The notes under the pieces: model-generated
What the model was told of the DNA's origin: nothing
Databases searched by the model: none
Seen by the model: the letters and a program-made list of their open reading frames with translations, nothing else
Shown: positions 63,779 to 64,000 of the stretch, piece by piece
How positions within the stretch are numbered: position 1 is the first letter of the stretch
Layout of the letters: every line of letters begins with the position of its first letter
Assembly (NCBI GenBank): GCA_976551045.1
Contig: CDPCPM010000021.1
Span: forward strand, 8,680,001-8,744,000
Direction: 5' to 3'
DNA length: 64,000 nt
Source of the DNA: Glaucostegus cemiculus
Taxonomy: Eukaryota
Made by a program: the position numbers and the translations under genes

Positions 63779-64000
63779 CTGTTTTATCTCCTTGTCTTGA
63801 TCCCATCTTTCTTTTCAAATGTTTAATTTTGCTTTCTGGACCTACTTTATGACCAGTCATTAGCTTCACTAATTACATAAGCCATACATTCCCTCTGGTG
63901 ATCCCCCGTAGAGGAACTGTGCCAAATCAGACTGGTCGTGACAGCATCTCCACTCAAAAGCCATCAATAAACCTATGGGTAGCTGCACCACAGACAAGAG

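Noticed and set aside
60580-64000. COLGALT2 exon 1 or promoter
   Set aside because: No signal-peptide exon, N-terminal domain start or CpG island is visible. It must lie beyond the window.
1-64000. CRISPR array, prokaryotic operon or defence system, or endogenous virus
   Set aside because: No regularly spaced repeats, long intronless ORFs, LTR pairs or viral motifs were seen. The sequence is ordinary repeat-rich vertebrate DNA.

Overview
Vertebrate genomic DNA, very likely from a cartilaginous fish (shark or ray). This is inferred from HE1-like V-SINEs, SacSINE1-like Deu-SINEs, CR1/HER1, L2, Rex1/Babar and Penelope repeats. The one protein-coding gene I can support is COLGALT2 (procollagen galactosyltransferase 2) on the minus strand. 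I read 11 coding exons by hand (60579 down to the stop at 13694). All have canonical GT-AG boundaries and consistent phases, and together they give about 537 codons. The first exon is not in the window. The rest is intron or intergenic sequence dense with retroelement relics, plus one 163-nt assembly gap. Most entries in the ORF track are chance ORFs or retroelement fragments. I found no convincing wholly new biological system. The best candidates for a second look are: Penelope-derived fold-back elements carrying minimal hammerhead-ribozyme cores; a non-canonical RDEF ER-retrieval terminus and an EDDNRFK variant in COLGALT2; V-SINEs with swapped 3' tails; and a SINE-plus-flank duplication on either side of exon 2. 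Repeat boundaries are approximate. Family and orthologue assignments come from my recollection of sequences, not from database searches.
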